Origin: Octopus bimaculoides
Lineage: Eukaryota
DNA length: 64,000 bases
NCBI RefSeq assembly: GCF_001194135.2
Contig: NC_068994.1
Coordinates: 46,940,871-47,004,870, forward strand
Direction of reading: 5' to 3'
This document shows, one piece after another, positions 13,030 to 25,831 of this stretch; the stretch's first letter is position 1; every line of letters begins with the position of its first letter. The notes beneath the pieces are model-generated. The model did not search any database and was not told where the DNA came from. It saw nothing but the letters and a program-made list of their open reading frames with translations. The position numbers and the translations under genes were made by a program.

Positions 13030-14244
13030 GTTTTAGGGAAAAGAACCAAGGTTCATGAACTCATCAATGAAAATCCACTAAANNNNNNNNNNNNNNNNNN
13101 NNNNNNNNNNNNNNNNNNNNNNNNNNNNNNNNNNNNNNNNNNNNNNNNNNNNNNNNNNNNNNNNNNNNNNNNNNNNNNNNNNNNNNNNNNNNNNNNNNNN
13201 NNNNNNNNNNNNNNNNNNNNNNNNNNNNNNNNNNNNNNNNNNNNNNNNNNNNNNNNNNNNNNNNNNNNNNNNNNNNNNNNNNNNNNNNNNNNNNNNNNNN
13301 NNNNNNNNNNNNNNNNNNNNNNNNNNNNNNNNNNNNNNNNNNNNNNNNNNNNNNNNNNNNNNNNNNNNNNNNNNNNNNNNNNNNNNNNNNNNNNNNNNNN
13401 NNNNNNNNNNNNNNNNNNNNNNNNNNNNNNNNNNNNNNNNNNNNNNNNNNNNNNNNNNNNNNNNNNNNNNNNNNNNNNNNNNNNNNNNNNNNNNNNNNNN
13501 NNNNNNNNNNNNNNNNNNNNNNNNNNNNNNNNNNNNNNNNNNNNNNNNNNNNNNNNNNNNNNNNNNNNNNNNNNNNNNNNNNNNNNNNNNNNNNNNNNNN
13601 NNNNNNNNNNNNNNNNNNNNNNNNNNNNNNNNNNNNNNNNNNNNNNNNNNNNNNNNNNNNNNNNNNNNNNNNNNNNNNNNNNNNNNNNNNNNNNNNNNNN
13701 NNNNNNNNNNNNNNNNNNNNNNNNNNNNNNNNNNNNNNNNNNNNNNNNNNNNNNNNNNNNNNNNNNNNNNNNNNNNNNNNNNNNNNNNNNNNNNNNNNNN
13801 NNNNNNNNNNNNNNNNNNNNNGTGCCACACATGCAGATAGCTTGTTGGTGGGGTGGGGTGGGGGGGACCAAAAACGCGAATGGATATAAAAAGAAAAATA
13901 GACTGATCTGCAGTAGGAGAATGTGGTGGATTGCAAGAGTGATTGAATGATTGAATGATTGATTGATTGATTGACAGAAAAATAGATAGATCAGTTGATT
14001 TATAGAAAAATAGACAGATTGATAAAAAAAATTTTTTTAGAAAAAGAGAAAATAGAAAGAAGGCTACATGGATTGATGTACGTATCCATCTAACTATCCA
14101 TCTAACTATCCAGCTAGAGGGAAGGATGAATGAATGAATGCACAGCTAGATAGAATGGATGGCTGCATGCATGCATGAACAGATAGCTGGCTAGCTCGAT
14201 CGATAAGATGACTAGACGCCATGCCTGTTGACATGTCTTTGACC

Positions 14245-14255
14245 TACCATGTGAT

Positions 14256-14286
<31 letters not shown>

Positions 14287-14418
14287 CGGTAGTGGTAGTG
14301 GTGGTGGTAGTAGTAGTGGTGGTGGTGACAATTGTAGTTGTAGTAGTGGTAGTAGTGGTGGTAGTGGTGACAATTGTAGTAGTAGTAGTGACATTGCTGG
14401 TAAAGACTAGTGATGATG

Positions 14419-14451
<33 letters not shown>

Positions 14452-14550
14452 ATGGTGGTAGTGGTGGTGGTGGTGACAGTTGTGGTGGTAGTAGTAGTAG
14501 TATTTGTGGTGATGGTTGCAGTAACAGCAGTAGTAGTAGTAGTAGTAAGC
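14245..14550. repeat. Compound (TAG)n/(TGG)n trinucleotide array
   Basis: Directly visible; it explains the poly-V/T/H/Y ORFs. Confidence 0.95.
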
Positions 14551-15201
14551 AATCTCCTCCCTGGTCAGGTCTTGCAGCCCTGCTTTCATCTAGTCATCCT
14601 CTCTCTAACTATGCATTTACTTGATTTGCTAAAAATAGCAGCCAAGTCTCCCTGTAATCATACCCTCTCTACTATCATTCAGCGAAATGATGTAGAGATT
14701 GAATTATGATAGTTTTGTCCTGATTATGCAAAAATACAGAATGATTAGGCAGGGAAAGTTTTCAATTTTAACTCTACTCANNNNNNNNNNNNNNNNNNNN
14801 NNNNNNNNNNNNNNNNNNNNNNNNNNNNNNNNNNNNNNNNNNNNNNNNNNNNNNNNNNNNNNNNNNNNNNNNNNNNNNNNNNNNNNNNNNNNNNNNNNNN
14901 NNNNNNNNNNNNNNNNNNNNNNNNNNNNNNNNNNNNNNNNNNNNNNNNNNNNNNNNNNNNNNNNNNNNNNNNNNNNNNNNNNNNNNNNNNNNNNNNNNNN
15001 NNNNNNNNNNNNNNNNNNNNNNNNNNNNNNNNNNNNNNNNNNNNNNNNNNNNNNNNNNNNNNNNNNNNNNNNNNNNNNNNNNNNNNNNNNNNNNNNNNNN
15101 NNNNNNNNNNNNNNNNNNNNNNNNNNNNNNNNNNNNNNNNNNNNNNNNNNNNNNNNNNNNNNNNNNNNNNNNNNNNNNNNNNNNNNNNNNNNNNNNNNNN
15201 N

Positions 15202-15258
<57 letters not shown>

Positions 15259-15269
15259 AGACACAGAAG

Positions 15270-15630
15270 GTTCTGGTTTCAGATGACACCATAGGCAAGT
15301 GTCTTCTACTATTGCCTTGGGCCAACCAAAGCTTTGTGAGTGGATTTTATAGACGGAAACTGGAAGAAGCCCATCGTGTGTATATGTGTGTGTGTGTGCA
15401 TGTATGTGTATATCTGAGTGCGTGTATCTTTGTGTCTATGTTTGCTCTCCTCCCATCACTACTTGTCAACCAATATTGGCGTGTTTATGTTCCCATAACT
15501 TAGCAGTTCAGCAATAGAAATCAATAGAATAAGTACTAAACTTAAAAAAAAAAGTCCTGGTAGTTAATTTGTTCAACTAAGATGCAGTGCTCCAGCATGA
15601 CTACAGTCAAATGATTGAAACAAGTAAAAG
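15270..15630 (+). mobile_element. SINE family A copy
   Basis: Same head, body and tail as 6180-6545. Confidence 0.85.
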
Positions 15631-15649
15631 AAAAATGAGAAGAATATAT

Positions 15650-16113
15650 ATATTGCAATCGAACCAAATTCAACAACTGGCACCCGTGCCAACCTTTCCT
15701 TCATTGGACACTAAACTCTGCTTGCAAATACCTGTTGAGGCAAGTGAAATCGAAATCGAACCAAATTCGATGACTGGCACCCGTGCCAGTAGTGCGCTAT
15801 CTGCACCATCCAAGCATAATCATTGCCAGAGCAGCTATCTGGCTTCCATACCGGTGGCACGCAAAAAGCACCATTTGAGCGTGGCCGTTGCCAGTACCAC
15901 CTGACTGGCCCTCGTACCAATGGTACGTAAAAACACCCACTACACTCTCGGAGTGGTTGGCGTTAGGAAGGGCATCCAGCTGTAGAAACTCTGCCAGATC
16001 AGATTGGAGCCTGGTGTAGCCATCTGGTTTCACCAGTCCTCAGTCAAATCGTCCAACCCATGCTAGCATGGAAAGCGGACGTTAAACGATGATGATGATG
16101 ATGATGATGATGA
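15650..16113 (+). mobile_element. (GAT)n-tailed retroelement 3' end (family E, probably LINE 3'-UTR derived)
   Basis: Ends CCAACCCATGCTAGCATGGAAAGCGGACGTTAAAC(GAT)n. Other copies lie at 19373-19575(-), 19645-19790(+), 20670-20885(-), 22300-22495(+), 34825-35035(+) and 48033-48310(-). Confidence 0.85.
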
Positions 16114-17255
16114 TTTGTGTGTGTCTGTTTGTCCCCCACTCCATTGTTTGACAACCGATGTTTGTGTGTTTACGTTCCCATAGCTTAGTAGTTCGGCAAA
16201 AGAGACCAACAGAATAAGAACTAGGCTTACAAAGAATAAGTCCTGCAGTTGATTTATTCGACTAAAGGTGGTGCTCCAGCGTGGCCACGGTCGAATGACT
16301 GAAACAAGTTACAGAATAAACTGTAGTGTGATTTGAATGGCATTTAGTTGCTATTTCTAGCATATTGAATATTCACATAGTTGCTCCCTCAGCAGCTCAA
16401 TCGGTGGTAAGTATTGGTTATCGATTTGCAGAATCTAATCAGTAAAGTGTTGGGGCTCCCAGACAGGAATGATGACATGGGATCAAAAGGAGTAGTGATA
16501 GGCTATACTTCTGACCCCGTGACTTTACCCAACTCATTCTTCCAAGGAATAACATATGTTAAAATATACTGATGGTGATGATGACGGTGGTAGTGGTGAT
16601 GGTAATGATGATGATGATGATATAGTAAGGATTTATATAAAAGTGCAAACACACATACACACACACACAAATTGTGATGGGGTTATATGGTTGTACTAAA
16701 CAAACAAAAGAAAGGAAGTGAAAATAACCTCCCTCCCCTTCCAATTTTGTCCAAAAATAACATAACAAACTACAACACTCCTCTATACATACATGTGTAT
16801 GTTTATATATATATATATATATATCTATATATATATAGGTGCAGGAGTAGCTGTGTGGTAAGAAGCTTGCTTCCTAACCAAAGCAAGAGTCTTCAGCACA
16901 TCCAGTAATTTTACAATTTTTGTACCACAACATAAGCAAAACCACGTGTGTATATGTGTATGTGTGTGTACGGTCATGCAAGCATGCTTGTGCATGTGTG
17001 TGCTGTTTATTATTTTTTTGTTTTGTTTCAGTTATTGAACTGCAACTGTGCAGGTGCACACTGCCATGAATGGTTTAGTAAAATAAATTAACCCCAGTTC
17101 TTACTTCTTACAGGTAATTGCGACTGTTATAAGCTCCCTTTTTGCTTTAAATTGAAGTAATTTTATATGGCCGGTATAAACAAATAAGTTGGGAAATATA
17201 TGTCTATGTTTTTGTTTCGCAAGATTCTTGATGTGAAAACATGTGTTGAAACAGT

Positions 17256-17354
17256 TATTGTTATACCTGGGGATGGTCATCTATTGTCAGTTAAACATGT
17301 GCATTGTGCATGTGTTTAACTGGCAAACGATGACCATCTCTAAGAATAACAATA
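17256..17354. repeat. ~99-nt imperfect palindrome
   Basis: TATTGTTATACCTGGGGATGGTCATCTATTGTCAGTTAAACATGTGCA-TTG-TGCATGTGTTTAACTGGCAAACGATGACCATCTCTAAGAATAACAATA. Confidence 0.8.
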
Positions 17355-18799
17355 TAAGAAAATATACATAAATACATGCTTTTATATATACATATCTACA
17401 TAATTACACACGTATATACATGTGAATACAAAGTTCAGAAATTCAATATAATTTCTCAGAGTTGTATATACATACACACTACAAAAAAGGCACCTTCTCA
17501 AGTCAAACTGACTCACAAGGGCCGGAATCCTGGTTTCATGGTGCATAAATTCCCATCTGGACGGGACACCGGTCTATCGCAGGATTACTCATTTTTGTCA
17601 GCTGAGTGGACTGGAGCAACATGAAATGAAGTGCTTTGCTCAAGAAACAATGCGTCGTCCAGTCTAGCAATCGAAACCACAATCTTATAATCATGAGTCC
17701 AACACTCTAACCACTAACCACATGCCTCTACACACCTATACACACACACACACACATATGTGATAATCAATGTTGCACCAGGAGCAAAGAATAGTTTTCG
17801 CATTGTCTCGGGCAATGGAATGGATGATAATTTCAAGAATGCTTGTACCGATAACATATTTCTGAGGTGCATTGTTTGAGAAAGATGCCTCTTGAATTGA
17901 GGACAATGTCCATTCAATAGGTCTCCACACATTTACTTGCAAGGCTTTGTTTTACTTCAAAGTGGCACCAACTAGGATTGAACCTATAGCCATGCAAATT
18001 TACAAATGGACTACTTCATTTATTTACTCATTCATTTAGCTATACTGTGTGTGTTTGTGTATGCGTGCATATATATGTATACATATATATATACACACAC
18101 ATATACATACACATGAGTGTGTGTGTATACATACATATACACACACAAACACACACACACACACCACTTAATGTGATCGCTTTCAGTCAAAGCCTTTTGG
18201 ACAACAACAGCCAGTTATCTTATCAAACATCATCTGTGCCAATAGTAAGTGGCTTCCATATTATAGTGTGTGAAGATGTGTGTGTGTGTGAGTGTGTGTG
18301 TGTGTGTGAGTGTGTGTGTGTGTGTGTGTGATATTTGTGCTTTATCCATAGGCATTGAAAAATCACTAAATAAATATTCAGATTTAACAGCCAAACTTTG
18401 TGTTTGTATGTATGTGTGTGTTAGTATAGGCTAGTAGGCTTTTGTGTATTTCATATATATGTGTGCATTTACTGTTTCATACCAGTTTTCCCCTGCATAC
18501 AGTGGTGAGATGGTATTGGAACAACTATTTTTACAGCTGGATGTTTCTACATATTCAACTGTAAAGCAGGGAGTGAAACATGATTTAGGCTGTCTTTTTG
18601 TGTCAGGCAAACTGGAGCAACATGAGTTTATATATGTATATACATACATATATATGTGTGTGTGTGTACAAAGTTATGTTTAAGTGTTCAGCTATTGATC
18701 ACATGGTTATGAGTTCTATCTAAACATAACTGTTAATAGGGCCCTGTATTCTAAACAGACTGGTGATGGCTTTCTCTGCATTTGCTGAATTCATATATA

Positions 18800-18884
<85 letters not shown>

Positions 18885-20240
18885 CACACCTAAGGTCATT
18901 AAAATAAACTATAGATGTGTAGGGATTCATACAGTTAATATCTTTTAAAGGTAGTTTCCCCTGCATGGCTACAGTATAATGACGGTGATAGTAGTGAAAG
19001 TGCCTTATGTTTGGGAAAAGTAAGCAGAGGTCATGTTTGACTGGGTTGACCCATACGCTAAATGACTGAGGTTACACTCTACCCTATGAATCATGACTGC
19101 TTTATGTGTAAAACATAATACATATAACCACAGGTTAAGCAGTGTGGCTAAGAAGTTAGCTTCACAGCCACCTCGTGGGCTTTGTCTTAAGTTTCAATCC
19201 CAGTGAACAGCACTTTGGACATATCCTAGGACTGACCAATATTTTTTGATTGAGATTTGGTAAAAAGAAACTGTGCAGGGTCAAAAAAAAAAGTTCCAGT
19301 CAAATGTAGAAATCAGTTTAATCAACTAACCTGTTCTTTGAATTTCTGGCCTTGTGTCTATGTTAGAAATAATCATCATCATCATCGTCGTTTAACGTCC
19401 GCTTTCTATGCTAGCATGGGTTGGACGATTTGATTGAGGACTGGTGAAACCAGATGGCTACACCAGGCTCCAATCTGATTTGGCAGAGTTTCTACAGCTG
19501 GATGCCCTTCTTAACACCAACCACTCCGAGAGTGTAGTGGGTGCTTTTACATGCCACCAGCACGAAGGCCAGTCATATTATTACCCCTTTCAGTCAAGTG
19601 GTCTTGTCTTGGTAACCTCACTGGAGCTGGTACCACATAAAACACACCCAGTACACTCTGTAAAGTGATTGGTATTATGAAGGGCCATCCAGCTGTAGAA
19701 ACCATACCAAAGCAGGCATTGGCGCTTGGCGTAGTCCTTTTGCTCTTCAGCTCCTTTCAAATCATCCAGCCTATGCCAGCATGAAAAATTGTGAATTCTA
19801 CTGCCACTGTTGCTAATGATGATTTTTCAGCACAAAATCAGTTGAGTTATGAGAGCATAGTTCAAAACACTTGTTCAAAACACTTGTTCTGGCTCACTGC
19901 ACTCTGAATTTAAGTCCTGCTATGGTCAACTTAGCCCTTTAGCATTCACATTATTCTGTCAAATGTAATGCTTAATTAATTACACTATTTTGAATTAATT
20001 ATGTATTATTTATTCATATTGTTCTGAATCAATCATGCTTTATCTTGTAGCTTCAAGATTTCAAAGATGTGATTATATATCTCTAGAATGACATTGTAGG
20101 GTAGGTGTGAGAAACTGGATCTAGCTGGTTTGATCATCAAACAGATAGGAAATTTGGGCTGAATATGTCCAGATTAAAAAAAGATGTTGATTTGACAAAA
20201 CTGACAGTTAAGTGATGTTAATCACACCTTTTTGTATTCT

Positions 20241-20942
20241 TAAACCTTTAGCATTTAAACCCAAATATCCTACCTTCTTCAATGTTCAAACTGGCCAGAT
20301 TCAACCCCTCATACCTACCCTACAACGTCATTCTGAAAACAACCTGCAGCGGAGGCACATAGCTTAGTGGTTAGGTTGTTGGGTTCATGGTTGTGGTTTC
20401 ATTTCCTGGACCAGGCAACATGTGTTCTTGAGCAAAAACATCATTTCACATTGCTCCAATCTACTCAGCTGGCAAAAATGAGTTACCCTGCGATGGACTG
20501 GTGTCTTGTCCAGGTGGGGAATATATACACCATGGAAACTGACCCTTATGTGTCAGTATGGTTCGAGAAGGTAACTTTACCTTTACCTATTCTGAAAACG
20601 GTCAATCACATCACCAAAAACTTGAAACTACAGAGATAGTGCACAATTAATTTCGAATAATATGAATAAACATCATCATCATCATCGTTTAACATCCTCT
20701 TTCCATGCTAGCATGGGTTGGACGATTTGACTGAGGACTGGTGAACCAGATGGCTACACCAGGCTCCAATCTGATTTGGCAGAGTTTCTACAGCCGGATG
20801 CCTTCCTAACGCCAACCACTCTGAGAGTGTAGTGGGTGCTTTTACGTGCCACCGGCACGAGGGCCAGTCAGGCGGTACTGGCAATGTACCCCGCCTGACT
20901 ACATTACATTTGGCAGAATAATCTGAATGTTAAAGGGTTAAT
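20241..20942. mobile_element. piggyBac-type MITE split by two nested retro-insertions
   Basis: The MITE segments resume after a SINE (TSD ATTCTGAAAAC at 20330-20340 and 20589-20599) and after a (CAT)n-tailed element at ~20670-20890; the element ends AAAGGGTTAA. Confidence 0.8.
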
Positions 20943-21478
20943 TCGAACCATACCAAAATTCATTCTTGTCTTTCATCACTCCATTTGGAGTTGGGGAAAT
21001 TGAGAAATGTCTAAATACCAGTAATATAATACCAGTGTTAATTTAATTGGTTGTTACCTTCTCCCCTTCACCCAAAATATTTCTTTGCCTCCTTGTACAT
21101 AAGATAGAAATCATCACCGTCTTCACCGCCACCAGTACTACCATTATTATTATTATTATTATATATACACCTGATGAAGTAGTTAGAGTCAGAAAACAGT
21201 ACCCCCACTCCACCACACATACCACTATGTACTGCGACTAATAAAGAATATGCACTGAGACTATAGATAGTCTCATTAAGTAGTTGCTAGTTGTTATCCC
21301 CCCCCCTCTCCCCTCCCGCTACTCCACCCCCTTTCCCCCCTACCCTTCCTACATCCTGAGTGCAATGTTTCAGAGAGTACCACCACCACCACCACCATTA
21401 CTCCCTGCTGATGAAACCCTAATTATTATATGGACGCTCCTACCTCCTGCTACAACTATTTCTGAATAACAGCATTAG

Positions 21479-21511
<33 letters not shown>

Positions 21512-21639
21512 CGTTGTTGTTGTTGTTATAGTAGTGCAGGTGCACAGACGGTGCACTTTGTTGAACAGACACTAGACGTTCATTTGTTTTGTCTGTGTCT
21601 TGATTTCTTTATACATTCATATGTCTGAATGTCTGTTCA

Positions 21640-22165
21640 ATTGTGTGCGTACGTGTATGTCTTATTTGATCATTTGTCAGTCTATTTGTTTTGGTTTTTT
21701 TAAAATTTTTATTTTGCATATATTAAGTCATTTGTGTACCTATCTGTTTGTCTATCTGTGTATTCATCTGTTTTCTTTTTTTTTCTTTGATCATTTGTCT
21801 ATCTGTTTAACCAGTTGTCTATTTCTCTAACTACTTGTCTAACCATCTAACCATTTCTCTATCTATCTTACTATTATCTGATTATTTGTCTGTTTCTCTC
21901 ATCACATGTTTAACAATTTGTTTATCTGTCTAACTATTTGCCTATCTATCTGACCATTTGTCTGTTTCTCTCATCAGTTGTTTAACAATTTGTCTATCTG
22001 TCTAATCATTTGTTTCTTCTAACAGTTAACCATTTATTTATCAGCCTATTTGTCCAGCTGTGTAACTATTTGTCAATCTATCTAATAATTTGTGCAACGC
22101 TTTAACCATTTGTGTATCTGTCTAGCCATTCAGCTATCAATCTAACAATTAGTCTATTTAGCCAT
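21640..22165. repeat. Degenerate ~20-bp minisatellite (consensus ~CCATTTGTCTATCTGTCTAA)
   Basis: Recurring ATTTGTCTATCTG / TAACCATTT at about 20-bp spacing. Confidence 0.75.
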
Positions 22166-22554
22166 GTACCTCCTTTATAGAAAGGGACCTGTTTCTGTCC
22201 CTCTGTCATACTCTAACCTCTCATCACCTGGCACAAAACCACTTCCCTCAATACTAGTCCCCCAAACCTGTTCATTTTAGGTGTCTTTGTCTTGCAGCTT
22301 ACTTGGCTACCTCACTGGTGCTGGTGCCATGTAAAAAGCACCCAGTACACTCTGTAAAGTAGTTGGCAATGGGAAGGATACCTAGCTTTGAAACCATGCC
22401 AAAGCAGACAGTAGAGCTTGGCACAGTCCTCCGATTCATCAGCTCCTGTCAAACTCTCCAACCCATGTCAGCATGGGAAACGGATGTGAAATGGTGAATA
22501 GTGATTTGTTGTTCTGTCTAAACCAGTGGTTTATATATAGGGAGAATTCACAAA

Positions 22555-22755
22555 AAAAAAACAACAAAAGACGAAGACAGGTGGTGTAGAAAACAAACAG
22601 ATGTATTTAGTATAACGCTCGGGAAGTGAAAAAGTCTTTAACGTTTCGAGCCTAAGCTCTCTCACAGAAAGGAACACAGAAAGAAACAAGGAGAGAAATA
22701 CGGAAGAAAAAAAAAAAAAAAGAATGTGTTGTGGCTAGCGATCTATCATGGCGAA
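22555..22755 (-). mobile_element. Penelope-like terminal-repeat fragment with a degenerate hammerhead-like motif (22636-22671)
   Basis: The minus strand reads CUUU-CUGUGA-GA-GAGC-UUAG-GCUC-GAAAC-GUU-AAAG. The CpG-retaining segment is flanked by A-rich and (AT)n tracts. Confidence 0.55.
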
Positions 22756-22793
<38 letters not shown>

Positions 22794-23239
22794 TGAGAGA
22801 GAGAGAGAGAGAGAGAGTATAGGACTGTAAATGTATGTGTTGATTAGTAAACACACTTGTAGCTTCACTGTGAAAAGGTAAATACTGCAGTCAACCCTTT
22901 TTTTTTTGTTTTGTTTTTTGTTTTTATTCTGTGTAACCAGAAAGAATAGCCGCATACAGTTATTTACAGTAAATACACACTCACTCAGAACTAAATTAAC
23001 GAAAACTGAGACTTGTTTGATCTCTTTATTATTTTTTTTCTTTCGTGTTCAGAGTGGTTTCAACAGAGTTCACTTTTCATAAGTTAAATCTACTTTTCTA
23101 CAATATATGTTGTTTACTTTTAACAAGAAAAAAAACAACAAAAAACAAACAAACAAACAAAAAAAACCCCTTATAAGTTTACTTTCCATGTCTAGTTACC
23201 CCAATGCTGCATCATGTTCCTATGAATTTTTGCATTTCA

Positions 23240-23443
23240 TATATTGTTAGCACGCCAGGCAAAATGCTTAGCGGTATTTCAATTGTCTTTACGTTCTGAG
23301 TTTAAATTTCGCCGAGTTTGACTTGGCCTTTCATCCTTTTGAAGTTGATAAATTAAGTACCAGTTGCATACTGGGGTTGACGCAATTGACTAGTCCCCTC
23401 CCCCAAAATTTCAAGCCTTGTGCCTTTAGTAGAAAGGATAAGG

Positions 23444-23481
<38 letters not shown>

Positions 23482-23730
23482 TATTATTATTATTATTATT
23501 ATTATTATTTAAGGCGGCGAGCTGGCAGAATCGTTAGCACATCAGGCAAAAATGCTTAGCGGTATTTCATCTGTCTTTACGTTCTGAGTTCAAATTCCTC
23601 TCAGGTCAACTTTTCCTTTCATTATCGATAAAATAAGTACCAGTTGCATACTGGGGAGGGGCCTATGTAATTGACTTAATTCCTTCCCCCAAATTTGAGG
23701 CCTTGTGCTTCCAGTAGAAAGGATTATTAT
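23240..23730 (+). mobile_element. Two head-to-tail copies of SINE family B separated by (AAT)n(TAT)n
   Basis: AAGGCGGCGAGCTGGCAGAATCGTTAGC...GTTCTGAGTTCAAATT...CTTTCATCC...GATAAA...AAGTACCAGTTGCATACTGGGG...GCCTTGTGC. Other copies lie at ~12410, 32530, 33165, 34370, 41975, 43350, 44865(-), 46520(-), 50238(-), 54130, 55855, 60535(-) and 63310(-). Confidence 0.88.
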
Positions 23731-24379
23731 TATTATTATTATTATGATAAACAAATACAAGTTGTTTTCAGTCATTTTGCTGCAGCATTTTGTTGTTCAA
23801 CTCCAGATCAGTTCTAATTAAGCTGACCAATCAGGAATCAAAGGCATTTAGTTAGTGGTAACCATCACATCCTTTTTTTTTCTTGTTTTGTTTTTTCTTG
23901 ATTGTGCATCTTAATACCACATTTCTTATGCAATCTGTATTTTACTCCTTTCAGGCAATAGGATTTGATTTAAAGTCGATTTGGGATGCTATTTCTAGCA
24001 AGTAGAGAGGCTCTGTCATGTAGTGTGAAAAGGCGCTTGTGTTGCATGGCATTTGTTTTGATGTGGTGTTTTTTATTGTCTTTTTTATGCTCCTCTTTGT
24101 TGTTCTTGAGCTCCAGGTCAGGTCTCAGCTTTTTAGACATATAGAACTACATCATTCAATGTCTCCTTTTCTTTCTTCAAACAAAAGAGTGTAGTAATCA
24201 AACCTTCCTTGAAGATTCGACTGTTATTTCTAGGAGGTTGTGTAACCATGTTTAGGCTTCTTCAAAAGTCATTTCTTGTATTGAGATCTGACTTTGTGGA
24301 TTGAGAAAGAGAAGAGGTTGTTTTTCTTGTAATCTGGCTGTTTATGTTCTGGAATATGTATTGTGCGAATTGTACGATA

Positions 24380-24945
24380 GTTTTTGGGGAGGTAATTGTA
24401 TGTAGAATATGCTGTATGATAGTATTTATTAGGAAGTGATTGTGTAAAGTACGCTATATGAGTTGTGTTATAGCTGTTGGAGAAATAATCTTGTAGACTC
24501 TGTATTGTGTTGTGTTGGGAGGTGATAGTGTAGAATATTTATTGTATAGCATGTTTTATGCTTTTGTTATGTTTCGGATGTGTAGAATGAATGTTGAATT
24601 TTTGCCACAGTATCACAAGGCAGTTGTGTGTGTGTGTGTGTGTGTGTGGTAGGTACTGTGTGTTTTTTGTGTAATATAATATTTAGAGAGCGGTGATTGC
24701 ATAGAATGTGCGCTGCCTGCGAGAGTTGCATTATAGTATCAGGACGTGCTTCTGTAGAATATGTGATATGAGCTGTGTTATAGTATCGGCAGTAGTGGTG
24801 ATGGTGATGGAGCGATTATATAGAATTATTTGAGTAGAGATGTTCGAGTTGTGTTGATACTATCAGGAGCTGATTGTATAGAATGTCTGTTGTGTGATTT
24901 ATGTTATAGCATCGGAAGGTGATAGTGTAGAATGTGCTGTAGTTT
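24380..24945. repeat. Degenerate ~46-bp tandem repeat (GGTGATTGTATAGAATGTGCTGTATGAGTTGTGTTATAGTATCGGA-like)
   Basis: GTAGAAT / GAGTTGTGTT / ATAGTAT modules recur. Related short arrays occur at ~31835-31910, 56270-56400 and 56685-56790. Confidence 0.65.
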
Positions 24946-25583
24946 TGAATTTAAATTATCCTCGGTTGAATTGTTTACGTAGTAAACCTATTTATAGATT
25001 TATGTACAAGAAAGAGTGCGAGTCCTGATATCATTGCGTGCTGCATTTTTCTTCTTTGCTTTGTTTTTGCTTGATGTTCTTATACCATTTATCAGTTCAC
25101 ATACCATTATTTGATACCGTTTTGTTTTGTCACTTACACACTCGCACCCACGGCGAACTAACGCGGTGATGATGAATCGAAACACTGGTAAAACTCACTA
25201 ACATTTACATACATTCAATCAAAGTATATATATATATATGCATGTGTGCATATACCTATGAATATTTATATATGTGTATACATATTCGTGTGTGTATGCA
25301 TATATTGTTTCTGTACATGTATATGTGTATACACACACACATACATACAGAGCAACCACGTTCGCTCATACTCACATATCCGCGTGTCCAATACTTGTAT
25401 TTTCTGTTTAATCGCATATCCTACAAATTAAATTTCAATTTAAAAATATCTGTTTGAATTAGTCGTGTGTGTATATAATCTTTTAATTCTAAAGCAGATA
25501 TCGCACTCGTTACTTGCTTTCGCCTGTCTCTCTCTCTCTCTCTCTCTCTCTCCTATATACGCAGATACACACACACACATGGA

Positions 25584-25629
<46 letters not shown>

Positions 25630-25831
25630 TGCATGTACTCATCATATAATTGTATATGAGGGGAGGGTAAGCACAATAGAAAGCAGATAAGGAAAGTCCC
25701 CATTGGTGTGTGTGTGTGTGAAGGAGGGGAATCAGTCCTTTAAANNNNNNNNNNNNNNNNNNNNNNNNNNNNNNNNNNNNNNNNNNNNNNNNNNNNNNNN
25801 NNNNNNNNNNNNNNNNNNNNNNNNNNNNNNN

